Virus record (IMG/VR): IMGVR_UViG_3300047160_004777
Location: 15,007 to 79,006 of that record
DNA: 64,000 nt
From: a virus
Taxonomy: Duplodnaviria > Caudoviricetes
Direction: 5' to 3' (one strand)
The stretch's first letter is position 1, and each line of letters opens with the position of its first letter. Below the pieces are notes generated by a model, which was not told where the DNA came from, did not search any database, and saw only the letters and a list, made by a program, of their open reading frames with translations. This document shows, piece after piece, positions 24,664 through 35,211 of the stretch. The translations under genes were made by a program, and so were the position numbers.

Positions 24664-27600
24664 TGCCGCCACGCGGCGGCACGCCTACCCCAGCAGGCGG
24701 CGGCGGAGGCGAGGGCGGCGCAGGTGCCGGCGGAGCCGGAGCCGGGGCTGAGATTGCGAGGCTGTACGCCTCAGTTGGTTTAGACGCCAGCGAGTTTCTC
24801 GCCGAGATCGCCAATATCGAGAGCGCGACTGCCGAGGTAGCGAGTCGGCAGACGCAATACGTCCGAGCCATTCAGCAGCAATGGCAGCGGATGGGCCAAG
24901 GCGGGGCGGCGAGCGGATACCTCCGTTCCATCGAGCAGGCGGTTCAAGGTGGGCAATCGCTCGCGCAAGCGTTCGCCGGCGCCAACACGTCGATGCAACG
25001 CACGCAGCAAACTCTCGCCAATATCGGCGAGGCGCTGCGAGCGACAGGCGGCAACACGCAAGCGTCGGGGTTGCTGCGTACAAGCCAGGCGCTCATGCGA
25101 GCGGGCGCGAGTGTCGAGGATACGTTCTCGGCGCTCAAGCAGATGCGCTACTCGACTCAGGACATTCAGAACGTCCTGGGACCGCTCACGCAGGGCATTG
25201 GACAAGCGACCGCAGCCCAAAAGGGATTGAACGCGGCGGTAGCCGAAGGCAACGACCTCCAGCGCGAGCAGCAGCGAATTGCCCGCGCCGAAGCGCAGCT
25301 CGCTTCGCAAGCTCGTTCAATTCAGAGACGGTCGGCGGCTCCTGAGGTTGAAGCCCGTGTTCGGGCGCTGCGCCGGTTCCAAGACCCGAATCTCGATTGG
25401 GCCGAGCGCACCCGAGCCTTCAGCGGACGCGCTGGTGGCGAGTTCATGGCGGCGGCGCAAAAGGCCGCGCTCACCGATACCGTCTCGATCCTTGGCTCGC
25501 GATACCGCGTTACGCGCCAGAACGAAACACAAGTTCGGGCTCTGGCAGCGGCCGAAGCCGAGCTAATCGCCCGCGAGCGGCAGCTTCAGCAGGAAATTAC
25601 CGGGACTGCCCGCGCCTACGCTGAGTCCGCAGCGCAATACGAGCGGTTCATGGGCCAGGCGGCTCAGCGAACCGGGGTCGGGACGTTCCGCGCCGAGGAA
25701 CGCCAGGCTCAGCAGCAGATTGCCCGGTTTGCCCAAGGCGCGTACTACCGGCCCGAAGCGCCGACACCACCCGAGGCCGGCGGGTATCTTCCGATTGTCG
25801 GGGTAGGCGCCCCGCCGCCCGTCGCGTCCCGTACGGGCGTCCGGACGAGCCGTAGAGGGGCTCCGGCCGGGGCGGCGGCGGGAGTCGGCGCCCCGGTTCC
25901 GGCTCCTGCTGCTGCGCCTCCTCAGACCGCCGCGCCGACTCCCGCACCAACTCCCGCTCCGACCCGTCAGGAGGCGTACAGCCAGCTTCTCCGGCAGCAG
26001 CAACAGCTCGAACGCGAGACAGGACTTCCCGTCTTTCGTGGTGGGCAAACGGCGCGGCCGAGAGGTGTTTCGGCCGAGGAATGGCAGAGTTATTTCCAGA
26101 TTGGCGGCGGGGGCGGCGCTCCAAGCGAATCAACGCTCACTGAAGTCGCGGCCGACATCAAGAGCGAAATCGACGCGCTTGATGTTCAAATCAAGAGTGG
26201 CTCATCTGCGCTTCGAGTTGGTCGCGAGTCGGGCGGCATGTCTCGGCCGGAGCGCCAGGCCGCCGCTGCGTCGCTCACTCGCGACAAGTTCCGTCTTGAA
26301 CAACTGCGTGCTCGACTGAGCGCAGAGCAGCGGCAAGGTCCCACCAACCCGCCAATCCAGCGTTACGGCGATGAGCCAGAAGAAGCCGAGTACCGCGCCA
26401 TTGGCGGCGTCGTCGGTGGTGGCGGCCGCTACATCGTTGGCGAGCAAGGCCCAGAACTATTCGTCCCCGGACGCGCCACTGGTGGTCCCGTTACCAGTCC
26501 AGAAGGTCGGGTTCTCCAGAACGTTTTCGCGGGTGATCCGCTTCGCGGCGGGCGACGAGCCCTCGGGTTCCAGGGCCGACGGTCGCGCTCGCTCATGGCG
26601 CAGCTTCCGGGTTGGAAGAGTCCGAGCTACTTCGAGATTACGCCGCAGACCAAGACGGTTCCTGAGCAGTTCCGTGGGATGCAGCGAATCCGCGACAACC
26701 CGAATTACCAGCTAGAAGTCAATCCTCGAAGTGGTCTCGGCTACGTCCAGTGGATCAGTGTCCCCGAAGCGCAGCGCGGTACCGGAGCCGGCGGCGGTCT
26801 GTATCGCGACATTGCCGAGCAAGCGGCTCAGCGCGGCTGGCGTATCTTCAGCGGCCTCGACCGACAGCGGGGCGCACGTCTTTCGCTCGAACGAGCAGCT
26901 AGTCAGGGCCTTGTCCATGTAACGCGTCGGCCAGTGGGCTTTGATACGTCGCTGCTAGGCGGCGAAGGGCATCGGTTCCTTGATGAGATCATGCTCCCGC
27001 GTGCGACTGGCGGTCGGGTGTATCCGCTCGGTCCCCGTCAGCTTGCTCGGCAGCTTACGGAACGTGCCGGAACACTCGCGCCGAGTATGGCGCTTCGCGA
27101 GCTGTACACGTACTTCCCGCGTGGTGCGCTTCACCTCGTCCAGCCGGCGGCACTCGGCTTCCAGCCTGGTCAGGAACTACCCAACTTCGCGAAGCCACTC
27201 GCGGGTTTCCTTGAGCGACAAGGTCACGTTCTTCGCTCCGGCGGGCTAACGCCGCATCAGGTAGCGGCGGGCTATCTCACCACGCTCGCGTCCATTCGTG
27301 GTCGCGAGGCGCCGGCGGGCAACGTTTTCCAGCGGCTCGGCGGACGGATACCGGGCATTCTGTCGCGAGGGCGCGGACGCGGCGTAGTCCGACCCGAAGA
27401 TTTGATGGCGCACTTCCTGGGTCAGGAAGAAAACCGCCATCTCTACGACAAGCTCTTCGCCGGAAATGCCGGCCCGATGCAAGCCGCTATCGAGGACCTG
27501 GGTAATCGCAGCGGCTTCACGTTCCTTCGCACGCCGCAGGCGTTTCAGCCGGCTGCGCCGGGCTCGTACTCGCTTCACAACATCGGCGCAGCGACCGCAG

Positions 27601-30600
27601 CACTCAACACGGCGGGTCGGCAGGGAGCCTCGCCCGACGAGATGTCCGCGATCCTGGGCTCGTTCCAGGGTGTTGGTTACGGCAAGGCCGGTTTTCTCGG
27701 CCAGTGGCTCGGATACGGGCGAATCCCGACAGTCGATACCAACGTTCTTCAGCGCTGGCTTGGCTCGGAGCGCTATGGGCAAGTCGCACAACGAGCCGCA
27801 TCCGCGACCGCGACCGGGCTCGGGATGCGAATGCGCTCGCTCATCAGTGGGCGCTACGACGAGATGCGGCGGATGGGCGTATTCCCCGGATTGTCCGAGG
27901 ACATCTACAACGCTATCGCCCATCACGTCACGTTCTCGACGGGTGTTCAGGCCGAAACGACGCATCAGCCGGTCATCTCCACGATGGAGAGCCTGGGTCG
28001 CGCTCGGGCGCGCGGCGGCGAGGCCGGAAGCGGCGCGTACCTCGTTGGCGAACAGGGGCCGGAACTCTTTGTTCCTGAACGAGCTGGCTATGTCCTCAAC
28101 CGCAAGGACACTCTCCGCGCTCTAGGTGCCGAAGCTCGACAAACTGGCGGCCCGGTGTATGTGCCGACAGCGCCCTACGGCGTGGTGGGTGGTCGTCCGC
28201 CGATTGGTACGTTCCGGACTCCGACTGGTGTTACCGCCGGTCAGGTCCAGTATGGCGCGGCGAACGTCGCAACTCCGGTGCAAGCAGCAGCGGCCGAATC
28301 CGCCGCGCGAGCCTGGGGTGAATTAGCCGCCGTTCAGCTCACGGTTATCAATCATTACGAGCAGATCGCGCGAGCGTCGCAACGTTCCGCCGAACAACAG
28401 ATTGCTGCGGCCCGCGAAGTTCAGGACCGCGCACTTCGGTCCCAGCCGACTCAGTTAGCCCGGTTTATCGCGCAGACGCAGGCGCGGGCGCTTCAGGGGC
28501 CGACCGCGCAGTACGGCGGCGCGATGTTCGACGTTACGGCAGCGAACCGCGCTCAGCTTGTTCAAGCACGCGCCTTAGAACAAACGAAAGCTGAACAACA
28601 GCGACAGGCGCAGGAGCAATTTGACGAGGATGCGCGTCGCGAGCAGATTCGACTGCGGTCGAGCCCTGCTGCGCTACAGGCTCAGCGTCAGATAGCGGCA
28701 GCACAGCCTCGACGCGCACCGCTGGTCGAAGGCGCTCGTGCGGGCGAATACGTCGAAGTCACGCCTCAGAACGTGCAGGACGTGCGTAGGCTTCGACAGG
28801 AACGCTTCAGCCGCGAGCAGCAAGCGCAGCAGGAGCAGGAACGAGCCGAACGCGCCACGGCTCCCCGCACGAACATCTTTCGCCGCATCCAAGGCACCAT
28901 CGAAGGCGGCATCGACCCGGCGCAGGCGCTTACCGGGCGTCAGGCAAACATCGTTCGTATCGGCGCCGGTCTGCTCGGTGTCCCGCTCGGTATCAACGTT
29001 GCGGCCGGCTTAGCGCGACTGCTCCACACGGCGCTCGCGCAGGTCGCTGACGACGCCGAACACATCAACCGCTCGTTCGCGCAACTGGCCGCGAGCATGG
29101 GTGGTCTTACTGCCCAAACGCGCGACTTCGTTTCGAGCCTGTCTACCGCTTCGGGGTATCTCCAGACCAACGTAGCGTCGTCGCTCGCCCTCGCGAACAA
29201 CATGACCACGACGGTCGGGGCGACAACGCAGCAGAACCAAGAACTGACGCAGATCGCGACGCAATTTGCGCAGCTCAACAACATCCCGCAGGAACAGCTA
29301 CCCCAGGTAACTCAGCAGATCACGCAGCTCGCGATGCGCGGCGGTGCTGCGCCGGCGTTGGGCATTAGCGACATTGATCGGTACCTCCAGCAGCAAGGGA
29401 TCAACGTTGCCGGTCTGACTCCGCAGCAAGCGACGCAGCAGCGCATTCAAGCACTCCAAGCGATGGGCGGTCGCGGTATGGGGGCGGCGCTCGGTACGCC
29501 GGAAGGCACCGCCGCTCTTCAAGCCGAACAAGCTGCCAGGAACCGCGAGGAGGTGCAGAACGTTCTCGGCCGGGGCGCCGGCCAGGCCCTCCAAAACATC
29601 GGGACGGCAGCCAACTCCGCGATCAGCGGGTTGGGTCATTTGGTTCCCGGAATCCAGAGTCAGATTGACGCGAATAACCAGTTAGCTCAATCGACCCAAG
29701 CTGCGGCGACCAGCGCGAGCCAAGCCGCCGATAACTTCACGGCGCTTGGTGGAGCGGTAGCCGCCGCTCGACTCGATCCGGTAACAGGTGTTCTCGCGCG
29801 GCTCCAGGCAATTCAGGGGAACATCGCGACTGCCGGACCAATCGCGGAAGCCTATCGCGCCGCTCCGCAACTCCTGACTCCAGCGCAGATTCGCGGTCAA
29901 GCCGAAATTGAAACGGAGCAGGCTGTTGCCGCGCAGCAGGCGGTACAGGTTGCTCAAGCGCGACCCGGCGGTGAGGGCGCTGCGGAGCGAGCCGAGTTAG
30001 AGAAGCGGTACCAGGACGCACTCGTTTCGGGCGATCAGCAGCGGATCACGGACGCGAGGGAGTTACTCAATCTCCACGACCGGCTGACCGCTTCGATGCA
30101 GGCGCAAGTCGCCGCGACACAAGCAGTCCAGGTCGCCCAGATAGCGCAGGGTCGCGCTCAGTACCAGATCGACCAGATCACTTTTGCGGATCGGCGGCGA
30201 CAACTCGACGTAGCTAATCAGCAGGCCGCGATTCAGATAGGCGTCTTGCAGCTCGATAGTCAGATCGCTCAGGTCGGCGAGCGCCAACAATTGGTCCAGA
30301 ATCGGCTGACCGTTGCGTCGCGCGACAACCTGGCGATTCGGCGGAATGTTCTCCAGACGCAACTCGACGGATTAGCTGCCGAACAACGACTTCAGGACAT
30401 TCAATTCCAAGGTCAGGCGGCTCAAGCCCAACTCGGGGCTATCGGCGCGCGCATGGTGCGAGGCACGGCGACCGCTGGCGACATTGGCAGTATCGGCGAC
30501 CTCGCCCAGCAGTCCATCAATGCCACGCTGGATGCGGCGGAAGCCCAACCAGAGGCTCTGGCCGCCGCACATAAGAATGTCGTAGCGCAGCGGGCTCAGA

Positions 30601-32891
30601 CACGCGACGAACTCCAACGTCAGTTGATGCCCGGCGGCATCATCGACCTGACGCAGCAGCAGCGCGACCTCGAAGACATCGCCATGCGGCTGACCGAACG
30701 TCGGACGCACGAGCAGAACATCGCGGACGAGATTCAGCGCCAACTTGATATCGCGGTACGGCAAGAGCAGCCGCAACGAACCGCCGCCGAACAAGCCAAG
30801 CTCATTGCGGACCAGGATTTCGCCGCAGCGAACAACATGCTGAATTGGGCCAACGCGATCAAGCTTGGCCTCGACTACACCGGCGACCTCCACGCCGCGT
30901 GGCAGAGCATCTACAACCTCGTTGATCAGACGATCAACCGCGCGCAGCAAATTGGCACGTACCAGGCGGCGGGCGGAGTTGGGACTCCGCAACAGCCCGG
31001 CGGTGCGCCAGGTGCGGTCATCAATCCGGGCGGCGGGGTCGGAAATCAACCGTACGGTCCAGCCGTGGTGCCGGGAGCCGGCGGAGCGGCAGGCGGCGGC
31101 GACCAGATTCCGCAGATGTCGCCGGTGGAGCAAGCTGCCTGGCTAGTAGCAGGCGGTGTTGGCGCCGGGGTCGGTGTTTACGGAGTCACGCACATTCTTC
31201 CGGCGGTCGGCGGTCGGATTCTTGGTGCGGCAGGTAGGGCGCTCGGACTCGGTGGCGGCCCCGGCGGCGGCAGGTTGGGTGTGCAAGAGGCGCCGACCGC
31301 TGTCGAGGGAGCACCAGCCGCTGAAGCTGGGGCCGAGGCCGCGACATCAGCCGCTGAGGCTGCGACTGGTGCGGAAGCTGCCGGAGCCGGCGCGGAAGCT
31401 GCGGCGGCTTCTGCGGCCGAAGCAGCGGCAGTCGTAGAAGGCGGTGCGGCAGCCGCACCCGAGGTCGCCGGTGCTGCTGGCACTGCCGCCGCCGTTGCGG
31501 GCGGTATCGGTGGTGGGACTTTGCTCGCCGGGGGAGCTGTTGTCGCAGGTAGCGCAGCGACGCTCTACGGCATCCAGCAGTCGGCCGAGCAGCTCAACGC
31601 GATGCGGGCACAGCTCGCCGGATTGCCCGAAGAGCAGCGAGCGGCGGTGCTGGCGGAGATGGACCGCCGCTCCCAAGGACAAACCTTGTTTGGTGGCGAC
31701 CGCCAAGCGATGCTCAACGCGATTCTGGCCGGAGGGGCTCAGAATCTTCAGCCGGCGACGCCCGAGCAAATCGCGGCGATGCGCCAGAGCGCCGAGTGGC
31801 GGACGCAAGGTCCTACCGGCGGTCAGCAGTTCCTTCAATGGGCCGGCGGGTTGTTTGGTGGCGGTCAGGGACAGCCAGACCAGGCAGCGGCGCAAGCGCA
31901 GACAGATGCGGCGACGGATCAAACGCGCGCTGCCCAAGATCAGACCACAGCCGCGAACGACCAGACGACCGCTGCCCAGCAGCAAGCGCAAGCCGCGAAT
32001 CAGGCCAACGATGCGGCGGCGCAAGCGGCAGCGTCCGTCGCTCAGGCCAACGACGCGGCAGCGGCAGCAGCGGCTTCGGCGGCACAGGCCCAGACAGCGG
32101 CGGCTCCCGGCGCTCCGGCTCCCGCGCCGCAGCTTGCGCCAGGTCAGTTGCCACCGGGAGCCGAGGAGCCGGTACCAGTGCCGGCGGCCGGACCAGCACC
32201 GCAAGATGCGCAAGCTCAAGCGCAAGCGACAGATCAGCTCAATGCGGCACTTCAGACCGAAGCCGCCGCGCAGCAATCCACCGCAGATGCGGCCGCTGCC
32301 TGGCTCGCAACCCTTCAGGCTACGCAAGAGCCGCTGACGAGCACGGCCACGACCGCGCAGAACATCGCGGATTCGACTCAGAGCACGTCAGACTCGGCAG
32401 CGGCCTGGCTTCAGACGATTCGAGATGCTCAGCCACCGCTGAACGACACAGCAAACCTGCTGGCCGCGATGCAACAGTCGGCGCAGCAGATCGACACTTC
32501 CGCGAGCAGCTTCTCGAATTCTATGGCGGCTGTCGCGGCAAATATGGCGAATGCGGCGGCGGCTGCGGCCGCGTTGCGCGACATGCTGGCGGCGGCGGCC
32601 CAATCTGTTCTTGAGATGGGTGGCGGCGCTCCACCACCAGGGCAACCACCCGTCGCCGGAGTCCCGACGCCCGCGCAGCCGGTCGCGGCGCCCATCACTA
32701 CAACCGCAGCCACACAAAGTGGCGGGGTGAACTTCGGCAATGTCCAGGTAAATGTTCAGCCTCAGCCAGGTGAGTCGAACGAGCAACTGATAGACGACCT
32801 GACCGCCGAGTTTCGACGCCAGATGATCCAGGTGTTCCAGCTCGCGAATGTACCGGCGGCGCCGAGTTTGGCCGGGGTGATCGCGCAATGA
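24663..32891 (+). CDS. tape measure protein with inserted enzyme-like domains
   Basis: 2742 aa, Ala/Gln-rich helical; N-terminal EIARLYASVGLDAS; two YxVGEQGPELFVP motifs; position after the chaperones. Confidence 0.9.
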   Translation: MPPRGGTPTPAGGGGGEGGAGAGGAGAGAEIARLYASVGLDASEFLAEIANIESATAEVASRQTQYVRAIQQQWQRMGQGGAASGYLRSIEQAVQGGQSLAQAFAGANTSMQRTQQTLANIGEALRATGGNTQASGLLRTSQALMRAGASVEDTFSALKQMRYSTQDIQNVLGPLTQGIGQATAAQKGLNAAVAEGNDLQREQQRIARAEAQLASQARSIQRRSAAPEVEARVRALRRFQDPNLDWAERTRAFSGRAGGEFMAAAQKAALTDTVSILGSRYRVTRQNETQVRALAAAEAELIARERQLQQEITGTARAYAESAAQYERFMGQAAQRTGVGTFRAEERQAQQQIARFAQGAYYRPEAPTPPEAGGYLPIVGVGAPPPVASRTGVRTSRRGAPAGAAAGVGAPVPAPAAAPPQTAAPTPAPTPAPTRQEAYSQLLRQQQQLERETGLPVFRGGQTARPRGVSAEEWQSYFQIGGGGGAPSESTLTEVAADIKSEIDALDVQIKSGSSALRVGRESGGMSRPERQAAAASLTRDKFRLEQLRARLSAEQRQGPTNPPIQRYGDEPEEAEYRAIGGVVGGGGRYIVGEQGPELFVPGRATGGPVTSPEGRVLQNVFAGDPLRGGRRALGFQGRRSRSLMAQLPGWKSPSYFEITPQTKTVPEQFRGMQRIRDNPNYQLEVNPRSGLGYVQWISVPEAQRGTGAGGGLYRDIAEQAAQRGWRIFSGLDRQRGARLSLERAASQGLVHVTRRPVGFDTSLLGGEGHRFLDEIMLPRATGGRVYPLGPRQLARQLTERAGTLAPSMALRELYTYFPRGALHLVQPAALGFQPGQELPNFAKPLAGFLERQGHVLRSGGLTPHQVAAGYLTTLASIRGREAPAGNVFQRLGGRIPGILSRGRGRGVVRPEDLMAHFLGQEENRHLYDKLFAGNAGPMQAAIEDLGNRSGFTFLRTPQAFQPAAPGSYSLHNIGAATAALNTAGRQGASPDEMSAILGSFQGVGYGKAGFLGQWLGYGRIPTVDTNVLQRWLGSERYGQVAQRAASATATGLGMRMRSLISGRYDEMRRMGVFPGLSEDIYNAIAHHVTFSTGVQAETTHQPVISTMESLGRARARGGEAGSGAYLVGEQGPELFVPERAGYVLNRKDTLRALGAEARQTGGPVYVPTAPYGVVGGRPPIGTFRTPTGVTAGQVQYGAANVATPVQAAAAESAARAWGELAAVQLTVINHYEQIARASQRSAEQQIAAAREVQDRALRSQPTQLARFIAQTQARALQGPTAQYGGAMFDVTAANRAQLVQARALEQTKAEQQRQAQEQFDEDARREQIRLRSSPAALQAQRQIAAAQPRRAPLVEGARAGEYVEVTPQNVQDVRRLRQERFSREQQAQQEQERAERATAPRTNIFRRIQGTIEGGIDPAQALTGRQANIVRIGAGLLGVPLGINVAAGLARLLHTALAQVADDAEHINRSFAQLAASMGGLTAQTRDFVSSLSTASGYLQTNVASSLALANNMTTTVGATTQQNQELTQIATQFAQLNNIPQEQLPQVTQQITQLAMRGGAAPALGISDIDRYLQQQGINVAGLTPQQATQQRIQALQAMGGRGMGAALGTPEGTAALQAEQAARNREEVQNVLGRGAGQALQNIGTAANSAISGLGHLVPGIQSQIDANNQLAQSTQAAATSASQAADNFTALGGAVAAARLDPVTGVLARLQAIQGNIATAGPIAEAYRAAPQLLTPAQIRGQAEIETEQAVAAQQAVQVAQARPGGEGAAERAELEKRYQDALVSGDQQRITDARELLNLHDRLTASMQAQVAATQAVQVAQIAQGRAQYQIDQITFADRRRQLDVANQQAAIQIGVLQLDSQIAQVGERQQLVQNRLTVASRDNLAIRRNVLQTQLDGLAAEQRLQDIQFQGQAAQAQLGAIGARMVRGTATAGDIGSIGDLAQQSINATLDAAEAQPEALAAAHKNVVAQRAQTRDELQRQLMPGGIIDLTQQQRDLEDIAMRLTERRTHEQNIADEIQRQLDIAVRQEQPQRTAAEQAKLIADQDFAAANNMLNWANAIKLGLDYTGDLHAAWQSIYNLVDQTINRAQQIGTYQAAGGVGTPQQPGGAPGAVINPGGGVGNQPYGPAVVPGAGGAAGGGDQIPQMSPVEQAAWLVAGGVGAGVGVYGVTHILPAVGGRILGAAGRALGLGGGPGGGRLGVQEAPTAVEGAPAAEAGAEAATSAAEAATGAEAAGAGAEAAAASAAEAAAVVEGGAAAAPEVAGAAGTAAAVAGGIGGGTLLAGGAVVAGSAATLYGIQQSAEQLNAMRAQLAGLPEEQRAAVLAEMDRRSQGQTLFGGDRQAMLNAILAGGAQNLQPATPEQIAAMRQSAEWRTQGPTGGQQFLQWAGGLFGGGQGQPDQAAAQAQTDAATDQTRAAQDQTTAANDQTTAAQQQAQAANQANDAAAQAAASVAQANDAAAAAAASAAQAQTAAAPGAPAPAPQLAPGQLPPGAEEPVPVPAAGPAPQDAQAQAQATDQLNAALQTEAAAQQSTADAAAAWLATLQATQEPLTSTATTAQNIADSTQSTSDSAAAWLQTIRDAQPPLNDTANLLAAMQQSAQQIDTSASSFSNSMAAVAANMANAAAAAAALRDMLAAAAQSVLEMGGGAPPPGQPPVAGVPTPAQPVAAPITTTAATQSGGVNFGNVQVNVQPQPGESNEQLIDDLTAEFRRQMIQVFQLANVPAAPSLAGVIAQ

Positions 32892-33856
32892 GCACTGATG
32901 TCACCAATATCGTTACCGGGGGTCGCGGGCCGTTCTCTAGCTTCCGCAACGTGGGTTTCGATTGGAATTACTCGACTCCGAAACGCGAGATTCGGGATGG
33001 AGCAACGGTCTTTTCCGGCCAGGTCTGGCTGTATGGCCAGTTCGCACTGGATCAGTTCTTCACGTTCTTTCGGCCGGTGAATGTCCGCGTGGCGGGTGAT
33101 CCTTCGGCGGGCGGTACAGTCTACGTCGATCACTGGGGAGCCGATCCGAGTGGGGCGCTGATTACGCACGTCCTCGATCTGGATGGGAGCGGCCATATCA
33201 CGCCGCAGCCCAAGACCTACACGGCTATCTTGTCGGGTATCACCCGCTCGGCCGCACTCCCCGGCGGACTTCATCAGGCCGAGGTCGAGTTCACGCTGGT
33301 GGATGCGGGCACCTCGCTCGGGGGCGTACCAGTCACATCGGGCGCAGGAGTGGCCGCCACACAGTTCATCATGAGTTCGACTGCGGCCGACGCCGATGTG
33401 CTGAACGAGTGGAACGGAACCAGTAACAACACGCCGCCGTCAGGTTGGATGAATACGGGATTTGACGACTCGGGGTGGGCCAACGGGGTAGAGGCGAATC
33501 TCGGCGGTGGCGACGTACCTGTAAGCGGGAGTCAGGCGATCTGGTCCTCAGACACGCCCGAGGCGGTGGGTCAGGCAGTGCTCTTCCGTCAGACATTTAG
33601 TCTCACAGTGCCGACCGGACATACGCTCACGAGTGCATTTTTGCTGTTGCAGATGTCGGATCGGATCGACTCGGCCTGGTTGAACGGTCACGAGATCGCG
33701 GCAGATGTCGCTGGCTACCATGCCGACCCGCCGGCGAGTGTGGCGATTGACACGACGTTCTTTCTAGCGGGTACCAACTTGCTCGCGGTGGAGTCGGAAA
33801 ACTTGCTTTCGGGCGCGGCCTGGATATCGTACGTGATCGGAGTACAGATCACCTGA
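32888..33856 (+). CDS. distal tail (Dit)-like protein with a carbohydrate-binding jelly-roll domain
   Basis: Follows the TMP; C-terminal GWMNTGFDDSGW..LFRQTF..AWLNGHEI..GTNLLAV. Confidence 0.65.
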   Translation: MSTDVTNIVTGGRGPFSSFRNVGFDWNYSTPKREIRDGATVFSGQVWLYGQFALDQFFTFFRPVNVRVAGDPSAGGTVYVDHWGADPSGALITHVLDLDGSGHITPQPKTYTAILSGITRSAALPGGLHQAEVEFTLVDAGTSLGGVPVTSGAGVAATQFIMSSTAADADVLNEWNGTSNNTPPSGWMNTGFDDSGWANGVEANLGGGDVPVSGSQAIWSSDTPEAVGQAVLFRQTFSLTVPTGHTLTSAFLLLQMSDRIDSAWLNGHEIAADVAGYHADPPASVAIDTTFFLAGTNLLAVESENLLSGAAWISYVIGVQIT

Positions 33857-35211
33857 TGGTTGTGGTGCGTCGTCAGATCGTGGCTCAGGTGACTATCGGA
33901 ACGACAACCGTTACGGACTTCCTGGGCCTGCGCGTTTCGAATTCACTGGAACAGTCGATTGCCAGAGCGCAGATTATCTGTCCGGTTCCGCACGGCACCT
34001 ACAACGATCAGGTGACGATTCAGTGCGGAGCGATCCCCGGTAATGGGTTGGCGACACGTTTCGTCGGCTACCGGCGCAAGGCGAACTACGAGCTGTATCC
34101 GCGCCTATGCACCATCGAGTGCATCGGGAGATTGGGGCTCGCGGCGGAATATACCAACTGGCAAGATGGGTTAGCCAATCAGGTAGCTTTCGATCCCAAC
34201 AGCAACGCAATGCTGGAGATTGGGCAGGGCGGCTTGCGTGTTCAGGACCTCGTGCCAACGTCTACTCACTACGGTGGGTGCGCCACGTTCGCCGAGATCG
34301 CTGCTGCGGTGCTGACGAAGGTCGGGGTTCCCTATGTCGGCACGAACCTGCACTCTTCTGGACGGTTGTATGGTGGCGGACTCGACAGCGGCTGGCGATT
34401 CATCTGGCATTCGGGCACGCTGTCTCTCAACCCGCTTCAGGGCAACTCGCCGCAACTGATCAACGCCTTTCAGCGAGCGGGCGACACAGCGCTCGCGTAT
34501 CTCCAGAAGTACAGCCAGATCGACTGCTTCTACGATGCCGGCCCGCCGGAGGTCGCAGGCTTCTATCGGCTGTACGAAGGCATCGACGGCACGGTGCATA
34601 TCAGCTTGATCGGCGGCAGGCCGCGCGGCACGCCGACCTGTACGTTCACCGAAGGTGGCTCGGCGTTCATCCAGAACACCGAAGGGGTGCAGTTCGATCC
34701 GGCGGATGGAACCGTCAACATCCTGACCGCGAGCATCGCACGCGATTATCCACTCGGCAACCGGACGCTCGTAATTGGCTCCGATTTGGGTGGGTATCAG
34801 TGTCGATACGAGGCCGTGTCGGAGAATCCGTTCATGACACCGGGGAGCACGACGTATCACTATGATCCATCGCCGCCGGGCTCGGATTGGATCGACTGGC
34901 AAAACTACAATTCAGCACCGATGGGCTACCTGACTAGTGGCGGCTTGTTCGGTATGGATTGCGAGACAGTCGCGAAGGCTCGGTTGCCCGAGATCAATCG
35001 GGAAACGGTTTCCGGCACGCTGACAACCGCCGAGGATTACTTGATTCAACCCGGCGACGTGCATCTTGTTCAGGGACCAGCCGGTATTCCCGACCGACTC
35101 GGTACCGGAGAGCTGCTGTGGGTCCAGGGTATCGACTTTGATCTGGAGAATCGAAACGGAGCGCCCGTGCTGACCCAAACCCCGACGTATCTCGGCGGCG
35201 GTGCTCCGTGA
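33856..35211 (+). CDS. baseplate hub / Tal-like protein
   Basis: Gene order after Dit; VSNSLEQSIARAQI, YLIQPGDVHLV. Confidence 0.6.
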   Translation: MVVVRRQIVAQVTIGTTTVTDFLGLRVSNSLEQSIARAQIICPVPHGTYNDQVTIQCGAIPGNGLATRFVGYRRKANYELYPRLCTIECIGRLGLAAEYTNWQDGLANQVAFDPNSNAMLEIGQGGLRVQDLVPTSTHYGGCATFAEIAAAVLTKVGVPYVGTNLHSSGRLYGGGLDSGWRFIWHSGTLSLNPLQGNSPQLINAFQRAGDTALAYLQKYSQIDCFYDAGPPEVAGFYRLYEGIDGTVHISLIGGRPRGTPTCTFTEGGSAFIQNTEGVQFDPADGTVNILTASIARDYPLGNRTLVIGSDLGGYQCRYEAVSENPFMTPGSTTYHYDPSPPGSDWIDWQNYNSAPMGYLTSGGLFGMDCETVAKARLPEINRETVSGTLTTAEDYLIQPGDVHLVQGPAGIPDRLGTGELLWVQGIDFDLENRNGAPVLTQTPTYLGGGAP

